Positions 20,254 to 30,523 of a stretch of 64,000 bases of DNA are shown in pieces. Where the stretch lies: positions 640,001 through 704,000 of the forward strand of contig OZ242186.1 of the NCBI GenBank assembly GCA_965205675.1, given 5' to 3'. The stretch comes from Nitrosopumilus sp. GTDB taxonomy: Archaea > Thermoproteota > Nitrososphaeria > Nitrososphaerales > Nitrosopumilaceae. Each line of letters begins with the position of its first letter. Position 1 is the first letter of the stretch. Position numbers and translations under genes: made by a program. A model generated the notes under the pieces. The model saw only the letters and a list, made by a program, of their open reading frames with translations. It ran no database searches and was not told the DNA's origin.

Positions 20254-20889
20254 ATGAATAAATTTTTTATTATTCCTGTTGTTGTCATCATTGGGATAAT
20301 AATTTCTGTATCTCTTGTATTTGAAACTGATACTTCTTTTGAATCTCAATCTTCGTCAATTTATGAAACTGGTTTTACTTATTATGACATTGAGATAATT
20401 CAATCTATTTTGGCAGAAGAAAATATTGTTGTATCTACACCAACTGCAATAACTGATCATACTATTAACCAATATTGCACCTTCTTTGAAAAGGGACTTC
20501 CACGATCTGTAGAATATTGTACCACTACTGCTGTGTTTGATTCTGAAGGAAATTCTTTTGGAAATATCAACATTGGGGGTGATACCCAGTCTCCTGTCTT
20601 GGCTATAGCTAATTTGGAAACTTTTGATTTGGATTCAAATCAAGATGAAGTCTTTCTAATATTTGAGACTGTGATTGAAACTCTTGTTTGTGATTGTTGG
20701 GATGAACAAGACACTGCAGAGTATGAATCTATTTCTTCATGGTTAGAGGCGGTTCAAACATTTTCTTCTGATTCTGAGGGCCGTAATATTAAATCAAAAA
20801 TTGATAATCTGGACAATCATGAAATCTCTTTAGAAATTACAACCAAAGATGATGATTCTATTTTGCAGACACTAATCATTCTAAAATAA
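20254..20889 (+). CDS. Exported/membrane-anchored acidic hypothetical protein
   Basis: N-terminal signal or TM segment; acidic, Cys-containing body. Confidence 0.7.
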   Translation: MNKFFIIPVVVIIGIIISVSLVFETDTSFESQSSSIYETGFTYYDIEIIQSILAEENIVVSTPTAITDHTINQYCTFFEKGLPRSVEYCTTTAVFDSEGNSFGNINIGGDTQSPVLAIANLETFDLDSNQDEVFLIFETVIETLVCDCWDEQDTAEYESISSWLEAVQTFSSDSEGRNIKSKIDNLDNHEISLEITTKDDDSILQTLIILK

Positions 20890-20898
20890 TTTAATTAT

Positions 20899-21696
20899 AT
20901 GATAGAAAATTCTTTGATTGATATTACGATGATTGATCAATTATGGTTTATTTTATTGGGGCTTGTAGCTGGGGTTTTGGGTTCTATGATTGGCCTTGGC
21001 GGTGGAATTATTATTGTCCCCGTGTTGACATTTTTGGGATTTCCTCCAACACTAGCTGCAAGTAATAGCTTATTTGCTGCATTAAGCAATGCTACTGCAT
21101 CTACTATTTCATATTCAAGACAAAAACGAATAGATTATTCTCTGGGAATTAAACTCGGATTACTTTCAATCCCTGGAACTATCTTAGGTGCCGTTATCTC
21201 TACTGACACTGCTCCTGATATTTTTAAAATTTTATTTGGATTTGTATTGATTGCCTCTGCTATGTACATATTTTTAAGAAAAAAAATTGAAACTAGAAAA
21301 AAAACAATTTCAAAACAAATAATTGTATTTGCAATTGGTGCGAGTTTCTTTGCTGGAATAATTTCTTCATTTTTTGGTATTGGCGGCGGTGTTGTTTTTG
21401 TACCTTTGATGGTAGTGGGCATGGGTTTGACAATGAAAAAAGCAGCTCCTACTTCTCAAATGATTTTATTATTTGCATCTTTATCTGGTGTAATTGTACA
21501 TAGTGTATTAGGACATCCTGATTTTCTTCAAGCCGGTTTGTTGGCAATTGGTTCTTTTGTTGGTGGTTTAACTGGTGCTCGATTATCTATTGACATCAAA
21601 GAAAGATATCTGCAAATTCTTGTCTCCGTTGTTATTCTAATTGCAGCTGCAAAATTATTCTTTGACTCTATGTCTGGAAATTATTTTGGATTTTAG
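20899..21696 (+). CDS. TSUP (TauE/SafE) family transporter
   Basis: Two GxGGG.I.VP repeats, multiple TM helices. Confidence 0.88.
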   Translation: MIENSLIDITMIDQLWFILLGLVAGVLGSMIGLGGGIIIVPVLTFLGFPPTLAASNSLFAALSNATASTISYSRQKRIDYSLGIKLGLLSIPGTILGAVISTDTAPDIFKILFGFVLIASAMYIFLRKKIETRKKTISKQIIVFAIGASFFAGIISSFFGIGGGVVFVPLMVVGMGLTMKKAAPTSQMILLFASLSGVIVHSVLGHPDFLQAGLLAIGSFVGGLTGARLSIDIKERYLQILVSVVILIAAAKLFFDSMSGNYFGF

Positions 21697-21924
21697 CCTT
21701 GATAATTTTTTTGCGTTTTTATACTAATTTTGTAATGTATATTGTTCATTAGGTCTTATATGGCCTAAGGGCGGGAGAGACTAGTCGGCTCTCCTGTATT
21801 CTCATCCCCTCGCTCGTTGATTTTTATTTGTAAAACTTGATTGATGATCTGGAGATTATGAAAACAATCAAACAAATTCAACTAAACCTGTGATTATCTT
21901 GTAACACTAACTAGTCTCAGACAC

Positions 21925-22452
21925 ATGAAAACTAGTGAACTTAGATGGGTAGACTTGTTCATAATTGCAGCTATACTTCAGGGCGCATTAATTACAGTAA
22001 TGGCTATAGTCATTGTTGCCATCCAGGCCACAAACAGTGAAATTAACATAATTCAATATCTCTCATTATCTTTTGAAGGAACTGCAAAGTGGTTCTTTTT
22101 AGGAATAATATTCCATCTTATCATAATTGTCGCAGTGGCTGTTACAGCATTGTTTTACAGTCATCTTGAAATCACATTAAAGAAAAAATTCTCAAGGAAA
22201 TCAAACGTGTTAGCTGCAATTCATCTTGTTGGAATGAATGTTGGCGGTGCAGGTTCTATGATGATTATGACTTATGCTGGTTTGGCAGGTACTGGACTAC
22301 TTTCTATTTTCACTGAAGGAAAACTAGGGCCAAAATATCCTGCTATTCTGGATTCATTCATAGAACCCATTGGTGGATTCATTGCGCTTTTAGCATTAGG
22401 TGTAATGTGTGGCGGCATGGGCTTTCTCTTGGCATATCGAAATGATTCTTAA
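21925..22452 (+). CDS. Integral membrane protein (about 4 TM)
   Basis: Hydrophobic helices containing His residues. Confidence 0.7.
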   Translation: MKTSELRWVDLFIIAAILQGALITVMAIVIVAIQATNSEINIIQYLSLSFEGTAKWFFLGIIFHLIIIVAVAVTALFYSHLEITLKKKFSRKSNVLAAIHLVGMNVGGAGSMMIMTYAGLAGTGLLSIFTEGKLGPKYPAILDSFIEPIGGFIALLALGVMCGGMGFLLAYRNDS

Positions 22453-22640
22453 CTTGCAGTTAATTTACAAGTCTAAATGTTAAAACTTGTTTCAATAGCA
22501 CTTGTAAATATATTGCTAATTAACTCAAGGATTCTATCTCCAAACATTTGATCTATTCTAGTTATATTGTCTGCAAAAACATCTTTTTTCATTATGTCAA
22601 AAATCCTAAATAATGTATCATTTACTATGAATTTTTAATT

Positions 22641-23093
22641 TTATTTTAGAAGATCTTTTTTAATTCTGTAAATGTTTCTTTTTGATAGTACTATGAGTTT
22701 ATTTTCTTGTGATGTTCCTTCGTAATCTATGAAGATTTTCCCAAATTCTTCATCAATATCATCTGTTTGTGAAACTGTAAATTTTAATTTCAACACTTGA
22801 TCTGTATACAAAGGTTCAAGAAATCTTGTGTTTCTATTTTCCCATTCCTCATCTCCATCTGTCCCCAGAAAAATTATGTCATTTCCATAAATTTGATTTA
22901 ATCTTGTAAATTCCCCTTCCATTCTTGATAGAATTGCCCTTCCTGAAACTAGCTGTTGTCCTTTTTTCTTTTTGTCTTCCAAGAATGCGTTTCTAACTCT
23001 GGAAAATTTTAGATATTCTTCTAATTCTTTATCTGAAATACTACACGTGGAATGAAATGTGTCGCCTACTCTAAACTCTGAGAATTTTTTCAT
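22641..23093 (-). CDS. Hot-dog fold (MaoC-like) protein
   Basis: F.VGDTF N-terminus, RF.EPLY.D.V.K.KF.V; 2 nt from the SDR gene. Confidence 0.6.
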   Translation of the reverse strand: MKKFSEFRVGDTFHSTCSISDKELEEYLKFSRVRNAFLEDKKKKGQQLVSGRAILSRMEGEFTRLNQIYGNDIIFLGTDGDEEWENRNTRFLEPLYTDQVLKLKFTVSQTDDIDEEFGKIFIDYEGTSQENKLIVLSKRNIYRIKKDLLK

Positions 23094-23095
23094 CC

Positions 23096-24868
23096 TTATC
23101 TTGATTCATCTACACAGAAAATTACTTCTGATGATAAAGCCGAACTATCTGAAACTAGGAAATTAAATGCCTCTGCAATTTTTTGATTGTTTGGTTCTGA
23201 ACCTGTTACAGAACCTGGGAAAATAGTAAACATTCTGATTTGTGATTTTAACACATCACTTAATTCCTGATTAACAGTTGTTGTAAATGGTCTTAGTGCT
23301 CCTCTAAATACTTCTACCTGTGCTCTTTGTGTTCCAGTTACTTTTCTTCCAATTGGGAGGTCTGGCCCGATAATCATGATTGCACCTTTTGCATCTTTGT
23401 AAAGTCGAGGATCTTTGCTTCCTCCTGGAACAAACTGCTCTAGAGTTCTTTGTGCAACATTTGCTGGCGTTGTTATAAATTTCTCAGTCAATGCTTCCCA
23501 TTCTGTACGTGATAATTCTGTTAATTTTAGATTCTCAGCTAGTTTACCTGTGATGTGAATAACTCCTAGTATTTCCCCAATGTTTGTTTTTGCTGTATTT
23601 AGCCATCTTTGAATCTCTTCTGGATTTTTGATATCTACTACATGTGAGTGGAATTTACTGCTAATGTATTCTTGAAGTTCTATTGAAGTTGTTTGTGAAA
23701 TGAAACATGCAACCTTGCCTCCATTCTTTTCAACATGTTGTGCTAGAAACTTTACTCTTTCTGCATCTGTTTTATCAGTTGCATCAATTGTGAAGACTAT
23801 GGCTTTTCCTGTAAAGTCTGGTTGATGTACACCTGGAGTTGTAGTTCCTACATGTGGTTTAACTGGATAAAATACTCTGTCTCCTGGAATTACTTTGCCG
23901 TTTAGTATTTTTGCAATCTCATCATCGCATAAATTCAAAACTGATTCTGATACTTGTCCTTGAGACAAAAATTCTTGGTTTGCAATCATACGTGATGTGT
24001 TATTTTGTACTTTTTCTGCTATGGTTTGAATTTTATTTAATAGATTTGTAAATGTCTCAGTTAATTTTGCAACATCTTTTCCATCTGCAAGTTTTTCAGC
24101 TGCCTTTAAAATTCCTTCTTTGATAATATTTTCATCTTCTCCTAACAATGGAAGTAATTCTTTGTTTGCTACATCAACTTCAGTTGGTATCAAATCTTCA
24201 AATCCACTAACTCTCATAAATTCTGCAGCAGCTTTAGGATACACTGTCTTGTAAATTCTATCTGAGTGTACTGGACCTGGGTTTGTGGCAATTGAAATAA
24301 TTCCTTTGTCTGTTAATTCCCATGACATTAATTCTGCAAGTCTGTTCTTTGCTCCTTGAGATGCAGTATATGGACTTCTAAATCTATACGGTCTTTGTTC
24401 TAATGGGCGTTCTTCTGTAAAGAATGTTGAAATTGTAATAATTTTGCCTCCCGGTTTCATTATTTTTAGTGCTTGGACAGAGCCCCAAAATGTTCCAGTT
24501 AAATGAATTCCAACTGTATTTTTAAAATCATCCATTGATGCATTTGCAAAACATGTTACTGGACCTGAAACTCCTGCATTGTTAATGATGTAATCTACTG
24601 TGATGCTGTCTTTGCTAAGTGAATCAAACATGCCATTCATTGCTGCTTCATCTGCAACATCTACTCCGGAAAATATTCTAACTGATGCTCCGCTATTTTT
24701 TTCAGAAATGATTTCCTTTAGTATTTTTGCTGTTTCATCTAATGGCTCCCTTCTTCTTCCGAGAATTATCACACTTGCACCGTTTTCAACAAATCTTTTA
24801 GCTATAGCTTGACCTATGCCTGTACCACTGCCTGTAATTAATGCAAATTTATCTTGAAATTTTAGCAT
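23096..24868 (-). CDS. Tandem-domain SDR oxidoreductase (malonyl-CoA-reductase-like)
   Basis: TGSGTGIG, NNAG, PYRFRSPY, PGPVHSDRI; second degenerate SDR domain in the C-terminal half. Confidence 0.85.
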   Translation of the reverse strand: MLKFQDKFALITGSGTGIGQAIAKRFVENGASVIILGRRREPLDETAKILKEIISEKNSGASVRIFSGVDVADEAAMNGMFDSLSKDSITVDYIINNAGVSGPVTCFANASMDDFKNTVGIHLTGTFWGSVQALKIMKPGGKIITISTFFTEERPLEQRPYRFRSPYTASQGAKNRLAELMSWELTDKGIISIATNPGPVHSDRIYKTVYPKAAAEFMRVSGFEDLIPTEVDVANKELLPLLGEDENIIKEGILKAAEKLADGKDVAKLTETFTNLLNKIQTIAEKVQNNTSRMIANQEFLSQGQVSESVLNLCDDEIAKILNGKVIPGDRVFYPVKPHVGTTTPGVHQPDFTGKAIVFTIDATDKTDAERVKFLAQHVEKNGGKVACFISQTTSIELQEYISSKFHSHVVDIKNPEEIQRWLNTAKTNIGEILGVIHITGKLAENLKLTELSRTEWEALTEKFITTPANVAQRTLEQFVPGGSKDPRLYKDAKGAIMIIGPDLPIGRKVTGTQRAQVEVFRGALRPFTTTVNQELSDVLKSQIRMFTIFPGSVTGSEPNNQKIAEAFNFLVSDSSALSSEVIFCVDESR

Positions 24869-24914
24869 AGATGACTTTACAAAAGTTTTGTGATATTTAT
24901 TTTGATCTCTGTTT

Positions 24915-25199
24915 TTGTCTTTTCTTGATATCTTTATTTGTGGGTATGATTCACGATTTTTGATGCATGATACAGAATCTGATACATTTCTTTATCAATC
25001 ATGGCCTGAGAAATTCTCTGAAATGTTAAAAGAGATTGGTGTAGATTCTGAATCTAAAGAAATTGGAACTGATGAAATTGAAAAAGATGATTACTATAGT
25101 AGATATTTTACTCAAACGCCTAGAATGGTAACTAATAGAGGATGTATTGATATCAAAAATTCGAACATTGATGCAGTACAAATAATTCAAAAGGGATAA
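24915..25199 (+). CDS. Hypothetical protein (start probably further downstream)
   Basis: ORF whose stop overlaps the next start. Confidence 0.55.
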   Translation: MSFLDIFICGYDSRFLMHDTESDTFLYQSWPEKFSEMLKEIGVDSESKEIGTDEIEKDDYYSRYFTQTPRMVTNRGCIDIKNSNIDAVQIIQKG

Positions 25200-25579
25200 T
25201 GATGCAAGATCCAAATCCACTCCCATGGGGTGCTTTAGATAGATTTCAAGCTCAATTCATAGTTAGGAAATCTGCTGGTTCTGCATTTAGTAATTATGTT
25301 GCAAAAACCCGACTTACTACTAAAGGCCATTTTGCATCAAAAACTATAGTCAAGGTAGAATGGGATGGTTCTGGCAGTTTAGCCTCAAAACTAAATGATG
25401 ATGTTAAACTCAATGAAATGATAGCAAGGCAATCTGTTAAAGATGCCACTATCTACGTTGAACCCACTGAAGTGGCAGTCCGAATTCGAAGTAAATGGGA
25501 TAATCATATATCTTTTGGAATTACCAAAGAACTTTTTGAGATTTATGACAGAATAGCTGGTCACATAAAATCTGTCTAG
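25199..25579 (+). CDS. Hypothetical protein
   Basis: 126-aa ORF coupled to the previous one. Confidence 0.65.
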   Translation: MMQDPNPLPWGALDRFQAQFIVRKSAGSAFSNYVAKTRLTTKGHFASKTIVKVEWDGSGSLASKLNDDVKLNEMIARQSVKDATIYVEPTEVAVRIRSKWDNHISFGITKELFEIYDRIAGHIKSV

Positions 25580-26112
25580 GCTTTCCACCAATCCAATGCT
25601 AAAAAATCTACTTTGTCCTTGCCTTTTGGTATTGCTAAAATGAATTGTTTTCTAACTGTAGTTGCCAATCTTCCTGCAAGAACAATCTCAGTTGATGTTA
25701 TTGATTCACTTCTAGTGTACACTTGAATTAAAAATGGAGCATGATCAATACCTGGTCCTTTCTCATAAACTGCAAAATCACATCCAAATTTAATTCCTGG
25801 ATTTATTATGTATCCTTTGTCTCTGAAATTTTTGTATACTAGATATTTTTTATCAAATTCTAAAACTTCTTTTTTACAAATTACAATTAATTGCTCTGCT
25901 GTAATTTTTTGTTTTGATTTTGTAATTGTAATTTTTTTATTTTCTAACAAGTACAAGCCTTCAATAAGATCTAAAATTAATGGTGCATCTATTTCTTCGA
26001 TTTTTGGTTTTGGAATTCCTATTGGCTTTCCATAATAGCCTTGACTGAAAAGTTTCTTTGAATCTTCAATATCCCATACTATAATTCTATTTTCAATTAA
26101 TTCACTTTTCAT
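25576..26112 (-). CDS. endA: tRNA-intron splicing endonuclease
   Basis: VY..FRDKGY, GIKFGCDFAVY..GPG.DHA, RLATTVRK. Confidence 0.92.
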   Translation of the reverse strand: MKSELIENRIIVWDIEDSKKLFSQGYYGKPIGIPKPKIEEIDAPLILDLIEGLYLLENKKITITKSKQKITAEQLIVICKKEVLEFDKKYLVYKNFRDKGYIINPGIKFGCDFAVYEKGPGIDHAPFLIQVYTRSESITSTEIVLAGRLATTVRKQFILAIPKGKDKVDFLALDWWKA

Positions 26113-26208
26113 GTATTTGTAACCTTTGATTGGTATATGAATTCTCTAGTAAAATCTAATAATATTCCAAACTCAAAATAAAGTAAAAATGATGAGATTG
26201 TTAGTTGA

Positions 26209-26862
26209 CTAGAGACTTAATGCTAATAGTATGAATGAATCTGATACTCTTTGACATTTATCTGCCATTTCTTCAATTCCTTCAATTACATCTTTGATCA
26301 ACATCAATTCTTTTGTATCTGTAACTGCCGATAATAGTTTTAATGTTGCCTGTCTGTATTTTATGTCTATTTCTCTTTCAATTGTTTGCGTTTCCTGAGC
26401 TAACTCAATAGCATTTGCAGTGTTTGTGTTGAGACTACGGATGATCTCATTTAGCTTGTAAACTTCATCTACAACTAATTCAATCAATTTTGTAATATCT
26501 TTATCTAATTTTGCATTTTTCAATGTTGTAATTTTTACATTTGATAGCTTGAATGAAATTCCTGTAATGTAACCTGCAATTTCATCCATTGTATATGCTG
26601 TATTCAAAAGATTTTCTCTATTCATGATTAATCCTCCAACATCTGCAACTTCACGTGTAATTTTTCTTCTTAGATTTTCTACTTCTTCTTCAATAGTTGA
26701 AATTTGTTCTAATGTATTTTTTATTCCTGATTTGTCCTTTTTCATCATTAGTTCAGGAAGTGTTGCAAGTTCTCTGGATGCATGTAGGATTCTGTTGATT
26801 TCGTCTTGTAAAACTGCTATTGCTTTTCGTTTTGCTTGAACTTCAAGCTCTCCACTATACAT
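26209..26862 (-). CDS. DUF47 / PhoU-like phosphate transport regulator
   Basis: Two helical repeats with E...D/E..R and IE..AD motifs. Confidence 0.8.
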   Translation of the reverse strand: MYSGELEVQAKRKAIAVLQDEINRILHASRELATLPELMMKKDKSGIKNTLEQISTIEEEVENLRRKITREVADVGGLIMNRENLLNTAYTMDEIAGYITGISFKLSNVKITTLKNAKLDKDITKLIELVVDEVYKLNEIIRSLNTNTANAIELAQETQTIEREIDIKYRQATLKLLSAVTDTKELMLIKDVIEGIEEMADKCQRVSDSFILLALSL

Positions 26863-26929
26863 AACATAAATGAAAAAACCGCTAGGTAATTTAAATCCTC
26901 GATGATTTTTGGTGTTCCTTGAGCACGAA

Positions 26930-28747
26930 TTACATCAAACTTTTGTCATGTGCTACTTTCTTCTGTCCTTTGTATAATGTGATGACTTCTTCATTGGTAG
27001 ATGCATTCTCTACTGCTTTTTCAACTCTTATCTTTCCAGTAAATTTTGGAAATCTCAAAGCCAACCCTGCATCTTTTCGTATAACATCCATTGCAGCTTT
27101 GTGAATTGGACTCAATGTAATTTCTGATGCCACCACCTCAATTACTAGTTCTGGTTCAAACCACACGTCTGCCTCCATCTCACTAATTATGCGCGGATTT
27201 CTTTTAATTGATACTTTTGGATTTAATATCTGAAATAATTGGTCTAGTGATTCATCTGTAAATCCCGTTCCAACCTTACAAATGCTTGGAAATGTGTCTT
27301 CATCTTCATCATAAGTTGCTAAGAGCAATGTTCCATAATTTCCTGTTCTTCTCCCTTTTCCAAAGAATCCGCCGATAACTACTAAATCAAGACTATCTCC
27401 TAATTCATTTCTATATTCTCTTTTTAGCTTTAACCAATGACTTCCTCTGGATCCTGCTTGGTACGGTTTGTCTAACATTTTTAGCATCAATCCTTCACTA
27501 CCTGAATTGATACTGTTTTCCATAAAGCCTTCAACTTCGTTTTTATTTTTTACTATGTCCATAGGGATGTATTTTGCAAATTCATCCTCTTTGACATGTT
27601 TTTCAAGCTTTTCTCTTCTTTCTTTGTAGCTTAATTCTGTACAACTTTTCCCATTACAATACAGAACATCAAAAAAATTTACTGTAATTGGATATTCTGT
27701 AACTGCTTTTTCTATCTTGTATTTTCTTCTTCTATGCATTAACTCTTGAAATGGCAAAAACTCTCCCGTATTTTCATTGATTGCAACTGCTTCTGCCTCT
27801 AAGATTATATTGTCTGCTTGGATATTTTTAGGAATTTTTTCCATGATATCTGGATAATAACTTTCAATATTCTCTAGACTTCTGGAAAACAAAGCAACTT
27901 TTTCCCCTTCTATGTGTAATTGCACTCTCTCTCCATCTAGTTTGTATTCTGCAGCAAATTCTGCTCCCATTTTTCCAATTGCTTCTTGTTCACTTTTTAC
28001 TCTGTCTGCTAGCATTGGTCTTATTGGATTAAACAAAATGATTTCAAACTTTTCAATTCCTTCCAAACCTTTTGTTGCAATGGTCTCTGCAACTTTGCCT
28101 AAATCGCTAGATACATTGTATGCATGTTGTATTTTTTTTCTATTTTCTTTATTACCTGAATATGTTATTGCTAAAGCATCCATTACTGTATTTTCTGCAA
28201 CTCCTAGTCGTAATGTTCCAAGTAACAACTTTGTAACAAATTTTACTTCTATTGGTTTTGATTTATTCCACAAGCTAGAAATAAAATTAATTTTTTTATC
28301 TTGAATATTTTTACCTGCTCCTTCTAATTGAGAAATTGACCATAATACTTCGTAAATTCTTTCAACTGTGTTGGCTTTTGTGTTAAAAATTGCTTCATCA
28401 TATGTGTCTGAATCAATACCGAAATCAAATAACCCTGTCTGTGTTTTTTTCTTTAGTGTATTTGAAATTGCAGTTCCAAGATCTCCTATTTTATTTAAAG
28501 TGGCAATGATGTCGTTTTCATTTATTCCTAATGATTTTTTTGCAGCTCTTAACACTAATTTTTCTGAAACCCCTAACTCAATTCCTTCAAAATCTGGTCT
28601 TAATTTTCCTTGAATGAGATAGATAATTTTAGAAATTACCTTGTTTGGAGTTTTTTCAAATAACTCTACTAAAAATTGTGTTAACTCTAATCTTTTTCTA
28701 GTTGACTCCATTTTGTTAAAAGATTCAGCTAAAACTGCAAACTCCAT
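26930..28747 (-). CDS. lig: ATP-dependent DNA ligase
   Basis: EYKLDGER adenylation motif, EGLMLK, WLKLK, LRFPKF. Confidence 0.95.
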   Translation of the reverse strand: MEFAVLAESFNKMESTRKRLELTQFLVELFEKTPNKVISKIIYLIQGKLRPDFEGIELGVSEKLVLRAAKKSLGINENDIIATLNKIGDLGTAISNTLKKKTQTGLFDFGIDSDTYDEAIFNTKANTVERIYEVLWSISQLEGAGKNIQDKKINFISSLWNKSKPIEVKFVTKLLLGTLRLGVAENTVMDALAITYSGNKENRKKIQHAYNVSSDLGKVAETIATKGLEGIEKFEIILFNPIRPMLADRVKSEQEAIGKMGAEFAAEYKLDGERVQLHIEGEKVALFSRSLENIESYYPDIMEKIPKNIQADNIILEAEAVAINENTGEFLPFQELMHRRRKYKIEKAVTEYPITVNFFDVLYCNGKSCTELSYKERREKLEKHVKEDEFAKYIPMDIVKNKNEVEGFMENSINSGSEGLMLKMLDKPYQAGSRGSHWLKLKREYRNELGDSLDLVVIGGFFGKGRRTGNYGTLLLATYDEDEDTFPSICKVGTGFTDESLDQLFQILNPKVSIKRNPRIISEMEADVWFEPELVIEVVASEITLSPIHKAAMDVIRKDAGLALRFPKFTGKIRVEKAVENASTNEEVITLYKGQKKVAHDKSLM

Positions 28748-28783
28748 TTTATTTCTCTATGTGATCTTGAATAAAAGTTTGAA

Positions 28784-29194
28784 TTAGATGTATCTGAAGA
28801 TTGTTGGCTTGTCTGATTTTGGAAGATCTGAAACTAGTGCAAAGTTGTAAAACGGGTATGTTTTCTTGTATTGTTTCATAAAACTCCATGCTACGTCATG
28901 TGTTTTGAATTCTGTTCTAATTCCTTCTATCTTACTTTTTTTCCCAAAAATGTCAAATGGTATAATCGAATATTCTTTTGGACGATTATGTGGTCTTGCT
29001 TTGAGGAGCCATGCAAATGCAAATACAAACACTGTTCCCAAGACTACATATTCTCCAGCAATTTTAAAAAATGTTAGAATTATTCCTGGTATGGTTTGCC
29101 CAAATAATACTGCCACAAAACTTGAAAAAGATATGACTGCCAATGCTGTGAAAATATACGTTTTCCAATCAAACACCTTTTGAAAAGCATTCAT
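28784..29194 (-). CDS. Membrane hypothetical protein
   Basis: Two N-terminal TM segments and a soluble C-terminus. Confidence 0.65.
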   Translation of the reverse strand: MNAFQKVFDWKTYIFTALAVISFSSFVAVLFGQTIPGIILTFFKIAGEYVVLGTVFVFAFAWLLKARPHNRPKEYSIIPFDIFGKKSKIEGIRTEFKTHDVAWSFMKQYKKTYPFYNFALVSDLPKSDKPTIFRYI

Positions 29195-29259
29195 GACCTA
29201 GTACAACTATGATGTTTTTTGATTTAACTATTTCCTATGATTGAGAAGATTTGAAATTG

Positions 29260-30393
29260 TCAATCTGGATCTTCATAGTTCTCTTTCTTTTCGCCACTGG
29301 ACGTATCTTCCATTGCCTTCATCTTACTTTCGAGAACATTCATTCTTGCTCTGTATCCTTCAGCATATTCTAACTCTGATGGAACTAATGTTGCTGGATG
29401 AATAAATCCTTGACTTCTGATTGCCATAGCTTTCTTTGTTGCATTTTCTCTAATGTAATCCCAATCTGGTGTTGAGAATCCGTCAAACGGTCCTGTTAAT
29501 TTTCCATTATGCATACTGAAAACTAGTGCTTCTACAATTGGAATGCAAAAGTTGATTGTAGCTGCAGAATTTAATTTTACAGGCATTAATGGCATATTGT
29601 GGCTGCCTCGTGTGTTTCCTGCAACATAGTGGGGATTGTTAAACACACTTCCCACTTCTTCAGTTGCTGGGAAATTTTTTTGGGTTCTTACTAGGCAAAT
29701 AGGATCATCTTTTCCAACATAAGTCCCTGCAATGTTGTGCAATCTGTCAGTTGATGCGTCTAGGATTGGCTCTCCGTCTTTTGTATATACTGAATCTACA
29801 ACATATCTTCCTGGATACATTAATGCAGCTTCAATCGTTGGTTTGTCTTCCCACAGATGCAATTCTGCAATTGCTGCCTTTTCTACATCCATGATGTTCA
29901 TTTTTACTCCTGCTGCAAGACTCTTGTTAACAATTAATCCTGTGTTACTAAGTGCGTCTACAAACATTCTGTATATTGGATAGTTAAATGCGCCTGGTTC
30001 TGTTTTATCTGCTGCAAATATTGTAAATGCTTCATTTGGTCTTTCTTCAAATTCCATCTCTGCAACTCCTGGGCCCATTCCTTTTACGTTTCCTGAAAAA
30101 GAATCTTTAAGTAAATCTTGTCCTGCCCCATACAGCCCTTCATCTTTTGCTACTTGTGTTCCTGCCATGAATGCATCCCATGCTAATTTGTGAACTTCTT
30201 TGTTGTCTACTCCATGAGTATGTGTCATGACGATATGTGTGTCGTCTCCACAATATCCTATGTAATGATCAATTAGTAAATCTCCTGAATTTTTGACGGT
30301 ATTTCTAATTGCTTTAACTAGTCCGTCACTTGGTTTTGTATGTCCTCCAACTCCGCCTACATCTGCTTTGATAACTGAAACTGTAATTTTCAT
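29260..30393 (-). CDS. fbp: Bifunctional fructose-1,6-bisphosphate aldolase/phosphatase
   Basis: KADVG..GGH, GDD, YGAGQDLLKD.FSGN.KG.GPG, ADKTEPGAFN, GKDDP. Confidence 0.95.
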   Translation of the reverse strand: MKITVSVIKADVGGVGGHTKPSDGLVKAIRNTVKNSGDLLIDHYIGYCGDDTHIVMTHTHGVDNKEVHKLAWDAFMAGTQVAKDEGLYGAGQDLLKDSFSGNVKGMGPGVAEMEFEERPNEAFTIFAADKTEPGAFNYPIYRMFVDALSNTGLIVNKSLAAGVKMNIMDVEKAAIAELHLWEDKPTIEAALMYPGRYVVDSVYTKDGEPILDASTDRLHNIAGTYVGKDDPICLVRTQKNFPATEEVGSVFNNPHYVAGNTRGSHNMPLMPVKLNSAATINFCIPIVEALVFSMHNGKLTGPFDGFSTPDWDYIRENATKKAMAIRSQGFIHPATLVPSELEYAEGYRARMNVLESKMKAMEDTSSGEKKENYEDPD

Positions 30394-30523
30394 ATTTTTG
30401 ATTTTTATCTCTTTGATTTATGTGCTTTTAGCAAAGTCTTATGATCTGTAATTTATTGAAGATTTTCTATTCTTTCTTCAAAAATTCATAACAGTAATAA
30501 ATGCCCTCAGTTAGGCATTTCTT

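Noticed and set aside
30499-30520. 7-bp inverted repeat AAATGCC/GGCATTT just before tuf
   Set aside because: Single short instance with no matching copy in the window; cannot be told from chance.
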